The position numbers and the translations under genes are program-made. A DNA stretch of 64,000 bases from IMG/VR virus record IMGVR_UViG_3300023179_000038, positions 1 to 64,000 of that record, one strand, 5' to 3'. This DNA is from a virus. The notes beneath the pieces were generated by a model. The model saw only the letters and a program-made list of their open reading frames with translations. It was not told where the DNA came from and ran no database searches. Positions 7,986 through 17,021 of the stretch are shown piece by piece; the stretch's first letter is position 1, and every line of letters begins with the position of its first letter.

Positions 7986-8543
7986 ATGAAACCAATCATT
8001 ATAAGTTTTCCAAGATCTGGACAAAGTTATTTACATAAAACTCTTGGTAATGCATTTAAAAAAAACTTTGGTTTTTCTCATTTAAATAATCCTACAAAAA
8101 TGAATGAATTAAACAATTACGATTATTTAATAGCATTAGTTCGTAATCCAATTGATTCAATATCTTCTATTGTTGCAATGAACTTAGAATTTAATAAAGA
8201 TTTAGAAATAAATAATTCAATAAATTATCAAATAAAAGAATATATAAAGTTTTATTCTTTTGCTTTAGAAAATGCAGATACTTTTATAGATTTTAATAGC
8301 ATAGCAAACAATATTGATAAAGTTATTGAATATGTTTCAATAGTAACTAATTATGCTATTTTAAATAATAAGCCAAAAAATAATATCATACAAGATCTTC
8401 CAGATTATAATTTTTTAAAAACTTCTAAAAAAACAGAAAAATATAACGACATAGTTTTTTCTGTAAAAAATAAAGATTTAAATGAATGTTTTAAATTATA
8501 TCAAAATGCATTAGAGAGATGTGTAAAAATAGATGAAATATAA
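7986..8543 (+). CDS. Sulfotransferase-like P-loop protein
   Basis: 5'-PSB-like SFPRSGQSYL and 3'-PB-like VRNPIDSISS. Confidence 0.7.
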   Translation: MKPIIISFPRSGQSYLHKTLGNAFKKNFGFSHLNNPTKMNELNNYDYLIALVRNPIDSISSIVAMNLEFNKDLEINNSINYQIKEYIKFYSFALENADTFIDFNSIANNIDKVIEYVSIVTNYAILNNKPKNNIIQDLPDYNFLKTSKKTEKYNDIVFSVKNKDLNECFKLYQNALERCVKIDEI

Positions 8544-9135
8544 AGATTTGTTTGTTAAAAGTTATGCTAGATCTGCTAGTAATTTTATAATTTATAATAC
8601 TGTACAAATTGTTCCCAATATTAATATTCATAAAAAATCATGGCAAGAACTAAATAAAGATATTTATAACTCTGTTACTGTTTCAATTCTAAGAGACCCA
8701 AAGGATGCAATAATTTCAGACATATCTATGAGTATCTATGATATGCAATACGACATTGATCAGGTTATTAAATTAGACTATAAAAAATCTATTGATTCTT
8801 TTAAAGAATATATAGCGTTATTAAATAAAAATATAAATAGAATTATCCCTTTTACATTTGAGCAAATTACTGAAAATTCAAAAGAAACTTTTAAAATATT
8901 TTTACAAGAATGTGGACATTATGAAGATTTTAACTTTCCTAATGCTAAAATAAAGCAAAAAAATTTAAATAATAAATTAATGAATAAACGACAGATTTTT
9001 TTACCTTCATCAAAAAATTTAGAAATATATAGTAAAATTTCAAATTATATAAATAATGATATTTTTAATTCTGTTTTTGATGAATACAATGAGTGTAAGT
9101 TAAATATATACAAGCGCCAACTTGATTTTTTATAG
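8533..9135 (+). CDS. Sulfotransferase-like protein, divergent
   Basis: SYARSASNFI and LRDPKDAIIS. Confidence 0.6.
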   Translation: MKYKDLFVKSYARSASNFIIYNTVQIVPNINIHKKSWQELNKDIYNSVTVSILRDPKDAIISDISMSIYDMQYDIDQVIKLDYKKSIDSFKEYIALLNKNINRIIPFTFEQITENSKETFKIFLQECGHYEDFNFPNAKIKQKNLNNKLMNKRQIFLPSSKNLEIYSKISNYINNDIFNSVFDEYNECKLNIYKRQLDFL

Positions 9136-9142
9136 CAAAGAC

Positions 9143-9213
9143 GATATAATCAAATATGACTTTTTTAACAAAAGATATCTTAAGTTTTTATGAGTTTAAT
9201 CAAAAAAATAACT
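9143..9213 (+). repeat. 71-bp inverted repeat, copy A
   Basis: 70/71 identical to the reverse complement of 25007-25077. Covers the -10 box and first 19 codons. Confidence 0.9.
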
Positions 9214-10169
9214 GGTATCTAACAAAATTTTTTACAAACACTTCCAATATTGGTCTCTATCCTCCATACGCTCAAAATGTTATTGATAAATATCCAAATG
9301 GTAAATCAAACATTAGCATAGTTGATGAACATAATACATACGAAATTAACAACTTTGGTTTTCGTGGAAAAATTGACAAAGATGCAGATGTACTTGGGGT
9401 TGGTTGTTCTATAACTTTTGGCATTGGTGTTCCAGAATCAGTAAGGTGGACAAATTTTTTAAGCAATAGTCTTAATAAAAATGTTATAAATTTAGGAAGT
9501 CCTGGTGCATCTGTAGAAATGATTTGTAATAATATTATTAAGTATTCTTTAACAACTAAAATACCAAAAGAAATTTTTTGTTTATTTCCAGATTTTTTTA
9601 GAAATATGGTTGTAGTAGATAAAGAATTTTATAAATCAAAAATGATAAAAGACAATGATGTAGAAAGTGATTATTTACAATATACATTTTGTAATCCTAT
9701 AGTAGATGTTTATAAAGAATCTCTTTTTATGGAAATAGAAGATCAAAAAAATATAGAAGACTCAATTTCCCCACATCAATTAATTTTAAATTCTATAAAT
9801 TTTATTTATAATTTAGAATCATTTTGTTTTACAAACAACATTAAATTATATTGGACGACATGGGATATACCAACTGCTATGATTATGAATAAATTGGTTA
9901 ATCTTAAAAATTTTAAATTAAAAAATTACACACCTTTTTATTCGCCCAATCTAAAAACAAAATATCGTGGACATACCTTAGATTGTATTTTAGACCATGA
10001 ATCTGAATTTAAAGATAGTTTATTTTGGCATAAAGGGTCTGATTATTCTATAATAAATAATAAAAAAAATTTAAAAAATGCTCATCCAGGAATTCATTTT
10101 CACTACCATATTGCAGATTTCTTTTATAATTTATATAAAAAAAATGCTATCCAAGTCCCCATCGTCTAG
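9156..10169 (+). CDS. SGNH/GDSL-like hydrolase-fold protein (paralog A)
   Basis: N.FGFRG, GCSITFG, NLGSPG and C-terminal HPG..H motifs. Confidence 0.65.
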   Translation: MTFLTKDILSFYEFNQKNNWYLTKFFTNTSNIGLYPPYAQNVIDKYPNGKSNISIVDEHNTYEINNFGFRGKIDKDADVLGVGCSITFGIGVPESVRWTNFLSNSLNKNVINLGSPGASVEMICNNIIKYSLTTKIPKEIFCLFPDFFRNMVVVDKEFYKSKMIKDNDVESDYLQYTFCNPIVDVYKESLFMEIEDQKNIEDSISPHQLILNSINFIYNLESFCFTNNIKLYWTTWDIPTAMIMNKLVNLKNFKLKNYTPFYSPNLKTKYRGHTLDCILDHESEFKDSLFWHKGSDYSIINNKKNLKNAHPGIHFHYHIADFFYNLYKKNAIQVPIV

Positions 10170-10227
10170 TGGCCTAGGACGTCGCCCTTTCACGGCGTTA
10201 ACACGGGTTCAAATCCCGTTGGGGACG
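10155..10227 (+). tRNA. tRNA-Glu(TTC)
   Basis: Acceptor GTCCCCA/TGGGGAC, anticodon loop CTTTCAC, T-loop TTCAAAT. Confidence 0.95.
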
Positions 10228-10279
10228 CAATATTATAATAAGGTAAAATACAGCATATAATTGTAACTGGAGAATATAA

Positions 10280-10951
10280 ATGAATGATAATTATATAGAA
10301 CGTAATCAAATTGACACTTATTCTAAAAACTTGTCAGAAGGTAAAATTCATGTAGCAACATTTCCAAGAACGGGATCTACATATCTCTGGTGGATATTTC
10401 ATATTTCTTTTGGAAAAAATGTTTATAAAACTCACATTGTTAATGAACCACCAGGAAATGATATTGCAAATCTGCCAAGAGACTATTATTGGAAAATGAA
10501 TAAAATTTTTTTTAAAGATGAAGACTATGTAGTTAATATATTAAGAGATCCCATTGACACGGTCTCATCAATGTTAGTTCAAGAATATTTCTACTTAAAA
10601 AATAAAGTTGATTTAGAAAAATATATAGATGATAACGTTGAAAGTCGTATAAGGCAATATAATATTTTTCATCATAATGTCCCAAAACTTTGCGAACTTA
10701 TATTAAATTATGAAGATATAAATTTATATAGGAATAAAATTGTAAATCATATTAGTAAAGAAACTGGTAAAAAAATTATAAGCACTGACTATAAATATTC
10801 TATAAAAGATAACGTAAGTACTAGTTTTTTAAAATCTTCAAAAGTTTTTGATAACTATAACTTTGTGCGAGAGCAGGCTTCTAATCGTAATCTTGTTGAT
10901 TCATATAGCATATATAATAATTTATTAAAAAAATGTAAAAATTTTAAATAG
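10280..10951 (+). CDS. Sulfotransferase-like P-loop protein
   Basis: TFPRTGSTYL, KTH and LRDPIDTVSS motifs. Confidence 0.75.
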   Translation: MNDNYIERNQIDTYSKNLSEGKIHVATFPRTGSTYLWWIFHISFGKNVYKTHIVNEPPGNDIANLPRDYYWKMNKIFFKDEDYVVNILRDPIDTVSSMLVQEYFYLKNKVDLEKYIDDNVESRIRQYNIFHHNVPKLCELILNYEDINLYRNKIVNHISKETGKKIISTDYKYSIKDNVSTSFLKSSKVFDNYNFVREQASNRNLVDSYSIYNNLLKKCKNFK

Positions 10952-11107
10952 TTAAAACTTTTTATTTTTTTTGCTGTATTCTCCATATTTACCAAGCACT
11001 GTCTTAATAGTTCCATCTTTTCTTAGACGAACAACCATTCCATTTTTAATTTGAATAGGATTGAATTTATAATTTTTATAATATGAACCAGATGATTTTT
11101 TTGACAT
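10952..11107 (-). CDS. Hypothetical 51-aa basic protein (MSKKSSG...RLRKDGTIK)
   Basis: Read manually. Exactly fills the gap between 10951 and 11108. Confidence 0.65.
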   Translation of the reverse strand: MSKKSSGSYYKNYKFNPIQIKNGMVVRLRKDGTIKTVLGKYGEYSKKNKKF

Positions 11108-12142
11108 TTAATAACTTAACCTATATCTATTTGTATTTTTAACTGTTTTACCAAAATCGGCAAACAATGCTTTATCTTTTTCTGCATTCACAATACGACG
11201 TGACCATGCAAAGCCAGCATCCCCACCCCATGCTAACCACATAATGTACCCATTGGAAGGATTTGACTGATTACCCCAATCTTTCCCCTTTTTATCTACC
11301 TCATGACGAGAAAAATAAGAATACATTCTTTTAACAGTGCTAAGAGATAAAGTTTCTCCTCTTGCTAATTGTCCTGCACGAGTCCAACCTACTGCAGTTC
11401 CTGCACCTTTTGCTTTACCCTGTTCTTTAAATCTAATTGCTTTACGTGCTGCTGCACGAGCACCTGCTGGTGGAGAGTATCCTTCTGCTTTTGATACAAA
11501 ATCTGTTTCATAAACAACAGTATCATCATCTTCCCATAGATCATCTGCTTTTGCTGCAGGAACACAGTTTGGAACCATTTTTCCATTCTTTCCTGGCTTC
11601 ATTCCACGCTGAACATAACCATCCCAACATGGCGCTTTCTTTTCTATCTCATCTGGACAGCATCCGTCTATCTTTTCATATATCATTTCGCCAGCCATTG
11701 TTATTTCCATATCTTGTAATTTTGGTTCTTGTGGTAGTGGATCAATTGGGATCATTAATGACATCATGCATGCAGAGTATTCTCTTGTTGCCTTCCAGTA
11801 TCCATCTTCTTCTTGTTCAAATAATTGAATAAGTACCGCTGGATTTTCAGCAGTTGCTTCTAGGGTATATTCTCCTCCAGGAACTCCAAGCATTCCCTCT
11901 CTCATTACATGAACAACTTGTCCAATATGAAATTCATCTCCACCATGAGAAGTGAGAGCAAAGTCGCCTTCTTTAAGATCTGTCATTGCCTTTCCTATAT
12001 TTCCTTCAGAAAGATTTATAGCGTATATCTGCGCTGTTGCAGCAGCACGAGTCTTATGACATCCCATAACCTCGCCTGTGTTTTTTAAAGCAGGATATCC
12101 AGAGCACCCATATGAACCTTTAGCACCTACATGATACGGCAT
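11108..12142 (-). CDS. Modular conserved phage protein, possibly head-associated
   Basis: Modules MPY...GCH.T...A..Q..A, CWDGY...VPNCVP and GT.VGW.RA.QLA...RM.SYFSRH...W..WGG recur in phage proteins. Confidence 0.75.
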   Translation of the reverse strand: MPYHVGAKGSYGCSGYPALKNTGEVMGCHKTRAAATAQIYAINLSEGNIGKAMTDLKEGDFALTSHGGDEFHIGQVVHVMREGMLGVPGGEYTLEATAENPAVLIQLFEQEEDGYWKATREYSACMMSLMIPIDPLPQEPKLQDMEITMAGEMIYEKIDGCCPDEIEKKAPCWDGYVQRGMKPGKNGKMVPNCVPAAKADDLWEDDDTVVYETDFVSKAEGYSPPAGARAAARKAIRFKEQGKAKGAGTAVGWTRAGQLARGETLSLSTVKRMYSYFSRHEVDKKGKDWGNQSNPSNGYIMWLAWGGDAGFAWSRRIVNAEKDKALFADFGKTVKNTNRYRLSY

Positions 12143-12164
12143 ACTATCATTATAGCATAAAAAA

Positions 12165-12262
12165 GAGCAGTTTTTACAGTCATGCTCAGGACTATTCCAG
12201 TTATTTAGTGGTCGCTGTCTCCCCCGACCTATCTGCGACTTCTCAGTGACGAGATGCAGATA
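12165..12262 (-). ncRNA. Structured RNA after hsp20: two hairpins plus pseudoknot copy 2
   Basis: TATCTGC/GCAGATA and GGTCG/CGACC stems, then ATAGTC-CT-GAGCA-T-GACTGT-AAAAAC-TGCTC followed by a T-run. Confidence 0.55.
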
Positions 12263-12271
12263 TATATTATA

Positions 12272-12688
12272 TTATTTTATTTTAATTGTTTTTGGTCTTT
12301 TTTCTTCAGGAACAATACGATCAATACTAATATTAAGCATTCCATCCTTTAGATCAGCACCAGTTACTTCCATGTATTCACCAAGAGCAAATGATCGTAT
12401 AAATTTACGACCAGCAATGCCTTTATGAACAATTTCAGCATCAGTTACTTCAACAATTTCTCCCTTAATAATAAGTGTTCCATTATCTACTGAAACATCA
12501 ATATTATCTTTTGTAAAACCCGCTACCGCAATTGATAGTTTATATGTATCTTCATCTAGTTTAAGAAGATCATAAGGAGGGTATGACTGTGAATTTATTT
12601 TATGTGCTGTATTTAAACGGCTTAACTCTCTGTTAAAGCCAATAAAAAAAGGATCATTAAATAGATCCATTGCAAACTGTGTTACCAT
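12272..12688 (-). CDS. hsp20: Small heat-shock protein Hsp20 (IbpA-like)
   Basis: SYPPYD, AVAGF, HKGIA.RKF.RSF.L and DGML motifs. Start moved to MVTQF after the GGGG RBS. Confidence 0.95.
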   Translation of the reverse strand: MVTQFAMDLFNDPFFIGFNRELSRLNTAHKINSQSYPPYDLLKLDEDTYKLSIAVAGFTKDNIDVSVDNGTLIIKGEIVEVTDAEIVHKGIAGRKFIRSFALGEYMEVTGADLKDGMLNISIDRIVPEEKRPKTIKIK

Positions 12689-12690
12689 TT

Positions 12691-12713
12691 TTATTCCCCT
12701 TTCAAGCGAATAA
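12691..12713 (-). promoter_or_regulatory. ROSE-like RNA thermometer hairpin occluding the hsp20 RBS
   Basis: TTATTCGCTT-GAA-AGGGGAATAA. The UCGCU motif pairs with the SD, with one G-G mismatch. Confidence 0.6.
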
Positions 12714-12746
12714 GTTAATTTGCCCCTCATTTGAGCAGGCATAAAT

Positions 12747-12775
12747 ATTATAGCATAGAAAAACAGGCCTGTCAA
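12747..12775 (-). promoter_or_regulatory. Consensus promoter for hsp20
   Basis: TTGACA-17bp-TATAAT with extended TG. Confidence 0.85.
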
Positions 12776-12789
12776 ATAACAAGCCTGTT
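12759..12789 (-). terminator. Intrinsic terminator after the holin-like gene, overlapping the hsp20 -35 box
   Basis: AACAGGC...GCCTGTT stem followed by a T-run. Confidence 0.6.
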
Positions 12790-12800
12790 AATCTTTTTTA

Positions 12801-13067
12801 TTACTTCTTTGCTGCTGCTTTCTTTTTTGCAGGAGCCTTTTTTGCAACAGCACTCTTTGCTGCCTTTGCCACCTCGTCTATAGATGGTAGACGACCAAAC
12901 GCCTTATCATTAGGATTTGCGTACCTCAATGCTACTGGCGCCAAGGCTGCGATTAGTGAGTATGCTAGATCTTTTGGATCTGTTACTCCAGCCATGTATA
13001 GTGTTGCTACACCAGCAAGTACAGATCGTCCGTATGATGCTAGTAGTGCTTTTGTTGATGCGTTCAT
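12801..13067 (-). CDS. Putative holin-like membrane protein with Lys/Ala-rich tail
   Basis: Two hydrophobic segments, NPND.AFG motif and AKKAPAKK tail; GGAGG RBS. Confidence 0.55.
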   Translation of the reverse strand: MNASTKALLASYGRSVLAGVATLYMAGVTDPKDLAYSLIAALAPVALRYANPNDKAFGRLPSIDEVAKAAKSAVAKKAPAKKKAAAKK

Positions 13068-13138
13068 TATTCCTCCTAGGATATAACTGTTTTTAATTTG
13101 AATGCAGCAAAATTTGAGCCACATCCAAAACCTGTTAA

Positions 13139-13543
13139 TCATGTATCTAGTTTACCATACTCTTCGGGCAAGAGTTTTTTAAGTTTTTTATATCCTAAAG
13201 AAATTTTTATCATACCCTCATTTAAATAGGTATCCATAGGGCTGCCATGCTCATCAAAATGTTTAATATATGGCTCAATATCATTAATAAAACTATTTAT
13301 TTCAGATTGCACATTTTCAATATAAAGAAAAGCATCTTGTCTTGATTTTTCTAAAAATGTAATAAAATTTTGACTATTTTCTATTTTAAGTTTATCTTTA
13401 ATAATTTTTTTGTCTAGTTCTACTTGTATAATGTGATTTTTTAATTTAATAATCTTATAATTCATTGATATTGTTTTCATAATCATAAAAATAAAAAAAG
13501 ATGCAGAAATAAAAAAAATAAAAAACTCTAAAATACTTTTCAT
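13139..13543 (-). CDS. Hypothetical protein with N-terminal TM
   Basis: ORF track. Confidence 0.75.
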   Translation of the reverse strand: MKSILEFFIFFISASFFIFMIMKTISMNYKIIKLKNHIIQVELDKKIIKDKLKIENSQNFITFLEKSRQDAFLYIENVQSEINSFINDIEPYIKHFDEHGSPMDTYLNEGMIKISLGYKKLKKLLPEEYGKLDT

Positions 13544-13776
13544 TTTTCTGCATCTCTTACTAATAAAACAATGGCTCCATTATCCTCTAATGCCTTTTTT
13601 ATTCTTACCATATACTCTACAGCACGACGCTTATCTTCATCAGCCAAACTCATAAAAGACTTTTCTGAAGCACGGACAGTAATAAAATGATCGTTATCTA
13701 TTATATCTAATGAAAATCCTTTTGGACAAAAATGACTTAATGATCTAAAGGCACGAGCCATTTCAGGTGTATACAT
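13540..13776 (-). CDS. Hypothetical protein
   Basis: ORF track; coupled on both sides. Confidence 0.8.
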   Translation of the reverse strand: MYTPEMARAFRSLSHFCPKGFSLDIIDNDHFITVRASEKSFMSLADEDKRRAVEYMVRIKKALEDNGAIVLLVRDAEK

Positions 13777-13988
13777 TATTTTCTACCCCACTGAATCATA
13801 TTCCATCCACGCTCATGGACATAATATATAAATATTTTTACAACTGTTTCCCAGAATGCAATTGCTCCTGATAATGTGGCATTTTTAGTTATTACATATG
13901 CAACTGCAAAAGAAGATAAAGTACCCCAAATACGATAACTTAATGCCTTTGCAAAAGATCTAGATCTGGTTACTTTCACGAAGGCCAC
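13776..13988 (-). CDS. DUF2061-family membrane protein
   Basis: RS.AKALSYR...YY.HER.W signature; adjacent to cysC. Confidence 0.8.
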   Translation of the reverse strand: MAFVKVTRSRSFAKALSYRIWGTLSSFAVAYVITKNATLSGAIAFWETVVKIFIYYVHERGWNMIQWGRK

Positions 13989-14021
13989 TCCATATTTTTA
14001 ACACTAAGTTTGTCTATTATT

Positions 14022-14783
14022 TTACAAACCAAGTTCTTTGCGCTTTTCAGTAGCCGAAATAGCATGAATATCTGCCCCCAAATCTACTTGTTCAATCTTA
14101 TATCCTACATCACGACCATATACAATATTAGTAATGTTTGGTAAACGCAATACCATTGCACCATTCATAAACTCATCTTTAGCAATATACTCTTTTACCT
14201 GATCAAATGTAAGTGGATCTTTTTCACTTGTGTTGTATGTATTACGAACTCCAAGCAATACTTGGTCTGTTCGTTTACCCGCTTCTACATATAAGGCGTG
14301 ATGACCTTCATGCCATGGCTGATATCTACCCAACATAAGTGTTGTAGGTGCAGACCAATCATGTAATTTAAATTGATTAATTATTTGAGTTGATTTTTCA
14401 TTTGCATCCCATTCATGACTAATAAATGCAATGTCATAAGAAAGTGGTACCTCAAACATTTTATTTGTATCTTCAAATCTTCCCTCTTGAATTGTAGCCA
14501 TATACACAAGAATATCTGGTTTGCCAAATGCTGCACGAGTAAGGTCTGTTGGGCACACGAAGTCTACAATAACTGGAGCAACTCCCTGTTTTGCAATAAC
14601 TCTTGCCATCTCTCCCATGCGTCTTGCTTGTTCAATGCGATCTTCTAAGGTAAATCCAAGATCAGAATTAACTGTTGCACGAACTTCATCTGCATTTAAA
14701 TGAATTGCGTTAATTCTTTCTTTTAATGCCTTTGCTAATTCTGTTTTACCAGATCCAGGTAAACCTATAATTTGTATAATCAT
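14022..14783 (-). CDS. cysC: Adenylylsulfate (APS) kinase fused to an HxGH nucleotidyltransferase-like domain
   Basis: GLPGSGKT, NADEVR...DLGF..EDR and C-terminal GRYQPWHEGH. Confidence 0.85.
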   Translation of the reverse strand: MIIQIIGLPGSGKTELAKALKERINAIHLNADEVRATVNSDLGFTLEDRIEQARRMGEMARVIAKQGVAPVIVDFVCPTDLTRAAFGKPDILVYMATIQEGRFEDTNKMFEVPLSYDIAFISHEWDANEKSTQIINQFKLHDWSAPTTLMLGRYQPWHEGHHALYVEAGKRTDQVLLGVRNTYNTSEKDPLTFDQVKEYIAKDEFMNGAMVLRLPNITNIVYGRDVGYKIEQVDLGADIHAISATEKRKELGL

Positions 14784-14785
14784 TA

Positions 14786-15076
14786 TTAATTATTTCCATC
14801 CATTGTTAAAGATTGCCAAACATTTAGCCAATCTTCTTTAGTTTTATGATTATTAAATTCTTTAGAAATTTGTCCAGATTCTAAATAAATTCCTCCCCAA
14901 ACCCCATATTCTTTTGTAGATATTCCCACAGCAAAACATTTTTTAGCAACTGGACAGTCTAAACACATTTTGTCTACGGCAAATCTTAATGATTCTTCAT
15001 TTTCATATTTATCAAAAAAAATATTAGTGTCGTAATTATAGCAGGACGCCTTGTCTTTCCATTTATCTTTATGCAT
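14786..15076 (-). CDS. whiB: WhiB-family Fe-S transcription factor
   Basis: W...A.C...CxxCPV...C...GVWGG. Confidence 0.92.
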   Translation of the reverse strand: MHKDKWKDKASCYNYDTNIFFDKYENEESLRFAVDKMCLDCPVAKKCFAVGISTKEYGVWGGIYLESGQISKEFNNHKTKEDWLNVWQSLTMDGNN

Positions 15077-15077
15077 A

Positions 15078-15287
15078 TTATGTAATAAACTTATCTGGTA
15101 TATCCCAACCTCTTTTGTCAACATTGAAAATTTTTACAATGCTCCATTTACCGTCAACAATTGCACCATATTTAGATGTGCGGGCTTTATTTGATGGATA
15201 AAAACTAACAACTGACCAACCATGCCATTTTAAAAATTTATTTTTTTCTACTATTTTTTCCATTTGTTCTAAACTACTTATAATCAT
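15078..15287 (-). CDS. Hypothetical protein
   Basis: Start moved to MIISS after AGGAG. Confidence 0.75.
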   Translation of the reverse strand: MIISSLEQMEKIVEKNKFLKWHGWSVVSFYPSNKARTSKYGAIVDGKWSIVKIFNVDKRGWDIPDKFIT

Positions 15288-15294
15288 TTTTCTC

Positions 15295-15645
15295 CTAGTA
15301 TCTAAATATTCCAACTTCTATATTGTTTAACTGAGCCTCAGATACAAGATTAGAAACTGGTTCATTTGGCTTTGATAAAAATATAAAATAATTAAATTCT
15401 TTTATGTTTTCTTTTATCCAACTTGGTGGAACTTTATAACTTTTTATTTTCTTTTTTCTGTTTTTCATTCCCTTTTCAGAAACGTTAACAAATTCCATAA
15501 CCATAGAATTTATATTAACTGGACCTGCTGAATAAATATAAAAATAGGGATCTTCATTATGCATCATAGATAAAGCAACACCCATAGAGCGAAGGAAGGC
15601 TTGATAATCATCAAACCCTTTAGTTCCTTGAACCCCTATTATCAT
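15295..15645 (-). CDS. Hypothetical protein, possibly SLOG/YspA-like
   Basis: N-terminal MII.V.G...F.DY pattern. Confidence 0.55.
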   Translation of the reverse strand: MIIGVQGTKGFDDYQAFLRSMGVALSMMHNEDPYFYIYSAGPVNINSMVMEFVNVSEKGMKNRKKKIKSYKVPPSWIKENIKEFNYFIFLSKPNEPVSNLVSEAQLNNIEVGIFRY

Positions 15646-16039
15646 TTTTTGACCTATCTGTTAATTTATCTACTATAAACAACATCTTATCTAATTCTAC
15701 ACCATCCATACTCATCATGTCAACTACCCTTTTTGTATTAGAGTCTATGTTTTCATTTATCATGTCTGCAACATAAACAGAATTATCCTTTATCCAATAT
15801 GCATTTTCATCAACAATAATAGCCGTTATATTGTGATTATTATGATGATTTAAAGATTGTGATTTTTTTTCTATTTTTTCTATTGCTGGTTTAGTTAAAA
15901 AGGGCTTAACCAGAGCATAGGTGTGTGACTGACTGTTTGTTATTTTAATTTTTTTGACATCAGGAATATTTTTTAGCATTATGTTTGACATAATCCAAAA
16001 TAAAAAATATACCGTTAAAAAACCTAATAAGTATTCCAT
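15620..16039 (-). CDS. Hypothetical protein with N-terminal TM
   Basis: ORF track. Confidence 0.75.
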   Translation of the reverse strand: MEYLLGFLTVYFLFWIMSNIMLKNIPDVKKIKITNSQSHTYALVKPFLTKPAIEKIEKKSQSLNHHNNHNITAIIVDENAYWIKDNSVYVADMINENIDSNTKRVVDMMSMDGVELDKMLFIVDKLTDRSKNDNRGSRN

Positions 16040-16063
16040 AGTGACCTAAGCACTATTATACTA

Positions 16064-16393
16064 CTATTCTGTATTTAGTACCCGCAAAACCTCTCTTAAA
16101 CTGAATTGATTCTCTTTACTAAGTTTTTTTATTTCTTCATTATTATAAGATTTTTCAGTTAATCTAACCATTGGATTTTTTTCGGTTATGTCCATTTCAA
16201 TAAAACCGTTTTCCCATAAAGACATCATCTCTTTGGTAAAATATAGATTTACATCTTTAAATAATTCTGGTTCTTGATATTTTATTTCTTCAGTAAATTT
16301 GTATAACACTTCTCCACTATCAACATCTACTCCAGCAAATTCTAAAAGACCGTTCAATATCATTTCTTCTATTTTAATGTTTTCATTTTCCAC
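16064..16393 (-). CDS. Hypothetical protein
   Basis: ORF track. Confidence 0.75.
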   Translation of the reverse strand: MENENIKIEEMILNGLLEFAGVDVDSGEVLYKFTEEIKYQEPELFKDVNLYFTKEMMSLWENGFIEMDITEKNPMVRLTEKSYNNEEIKKLSKENQFSLREVLRVLNTE

Positions 16394-16790
16394 TTTTTTG
16401 CCTTTGTTTTTTTAATATTTCAAAATCTTTTACTTTAGTATCACCAAGATATCCCCAAGCATAGCCATCGCTGATCATCATATCGTTTATAGATACGGTG
16501 TTGCCATCTACGTATATCCATCCCAAAATACGACCATACTTCTCAGACGAATCCATTTTTTCAGTCTTAATCACCACAGACTTGGCATCCTTGAGATGCT
16601 TTTTTAAATATTCCTTAGACTCAAGTCCAAGAACCTTTTCAGCCTTATCTGATGTGCGTGACTCTGGTGTATCAATACCAGCCAATCTTACACGGGATTG
16701 AAATAAAATATCAAACCCTAAATCAATAAGAACATCGATAGTATCTCCATCTACCACATTCTCTACTTTTCTTACATAATATTCATACAT
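16383..16790 (-). CDS. Thermonuclease (SNase-like) family protein
   Basis: VVDGDTID, RVRLAGIDTPE and KYGRILG motifs. Confidence 0.92.
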   Translation of the reverse strand: MYEYYVRKVENVVDGDTIDVLIDLGFDILFQSRVRLAGIDTPESRTSDKAEKVLGLESKEYLKKHLKDAKSVVIKTEKMDSSEKYGRILGWIYVDGNTVSINDMMISDGYAWGYLGDTKVKDFEILKKQRQKSGK

Positions 16791-16793
16791 TAT

Positions 16794-17021
16794 TTATACC
16801 ATTAATCTTTCTCGCTCATCAACAATGGTGATTGCAAAAGCCATCATTTTTTTGTATCCTTCAGCATCTTCCATGATTTTATTATAATGATGACCACAAA
16901 ATAGTAAATCTCCAGTCAAACCAGTTACCTTGGTTAGTGCCTGTGCATTACAGGCATCGCATCGATCTAATAAAGTAAGCGTCCATTCTTTTTTAACCTT
17001 ATCTTTAATCATTGTAATCAT
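16794..17021 (-). CDS. Small actinobacterial-type zinc-binding protein (DRCDxC...LLFCGHH)
   Basis: LTLLDRCDACNAQA...LLFCGHH...IVDER. Confidence 0.75.
   Translation of the reverse strand: MITMIKDKVKKEWTLTLLDRCDACNAQALTKVTGLTGDLLFCGHHYNKIMEDAEGYKKMMAFAITIVDERERLMV

Noticed and set aside
10078-10260. 60-aa ORF from the track
   Set aside because: It spans tRNA-Glu and overlaps the SGNH-like gene, so it is a shadow ORF.
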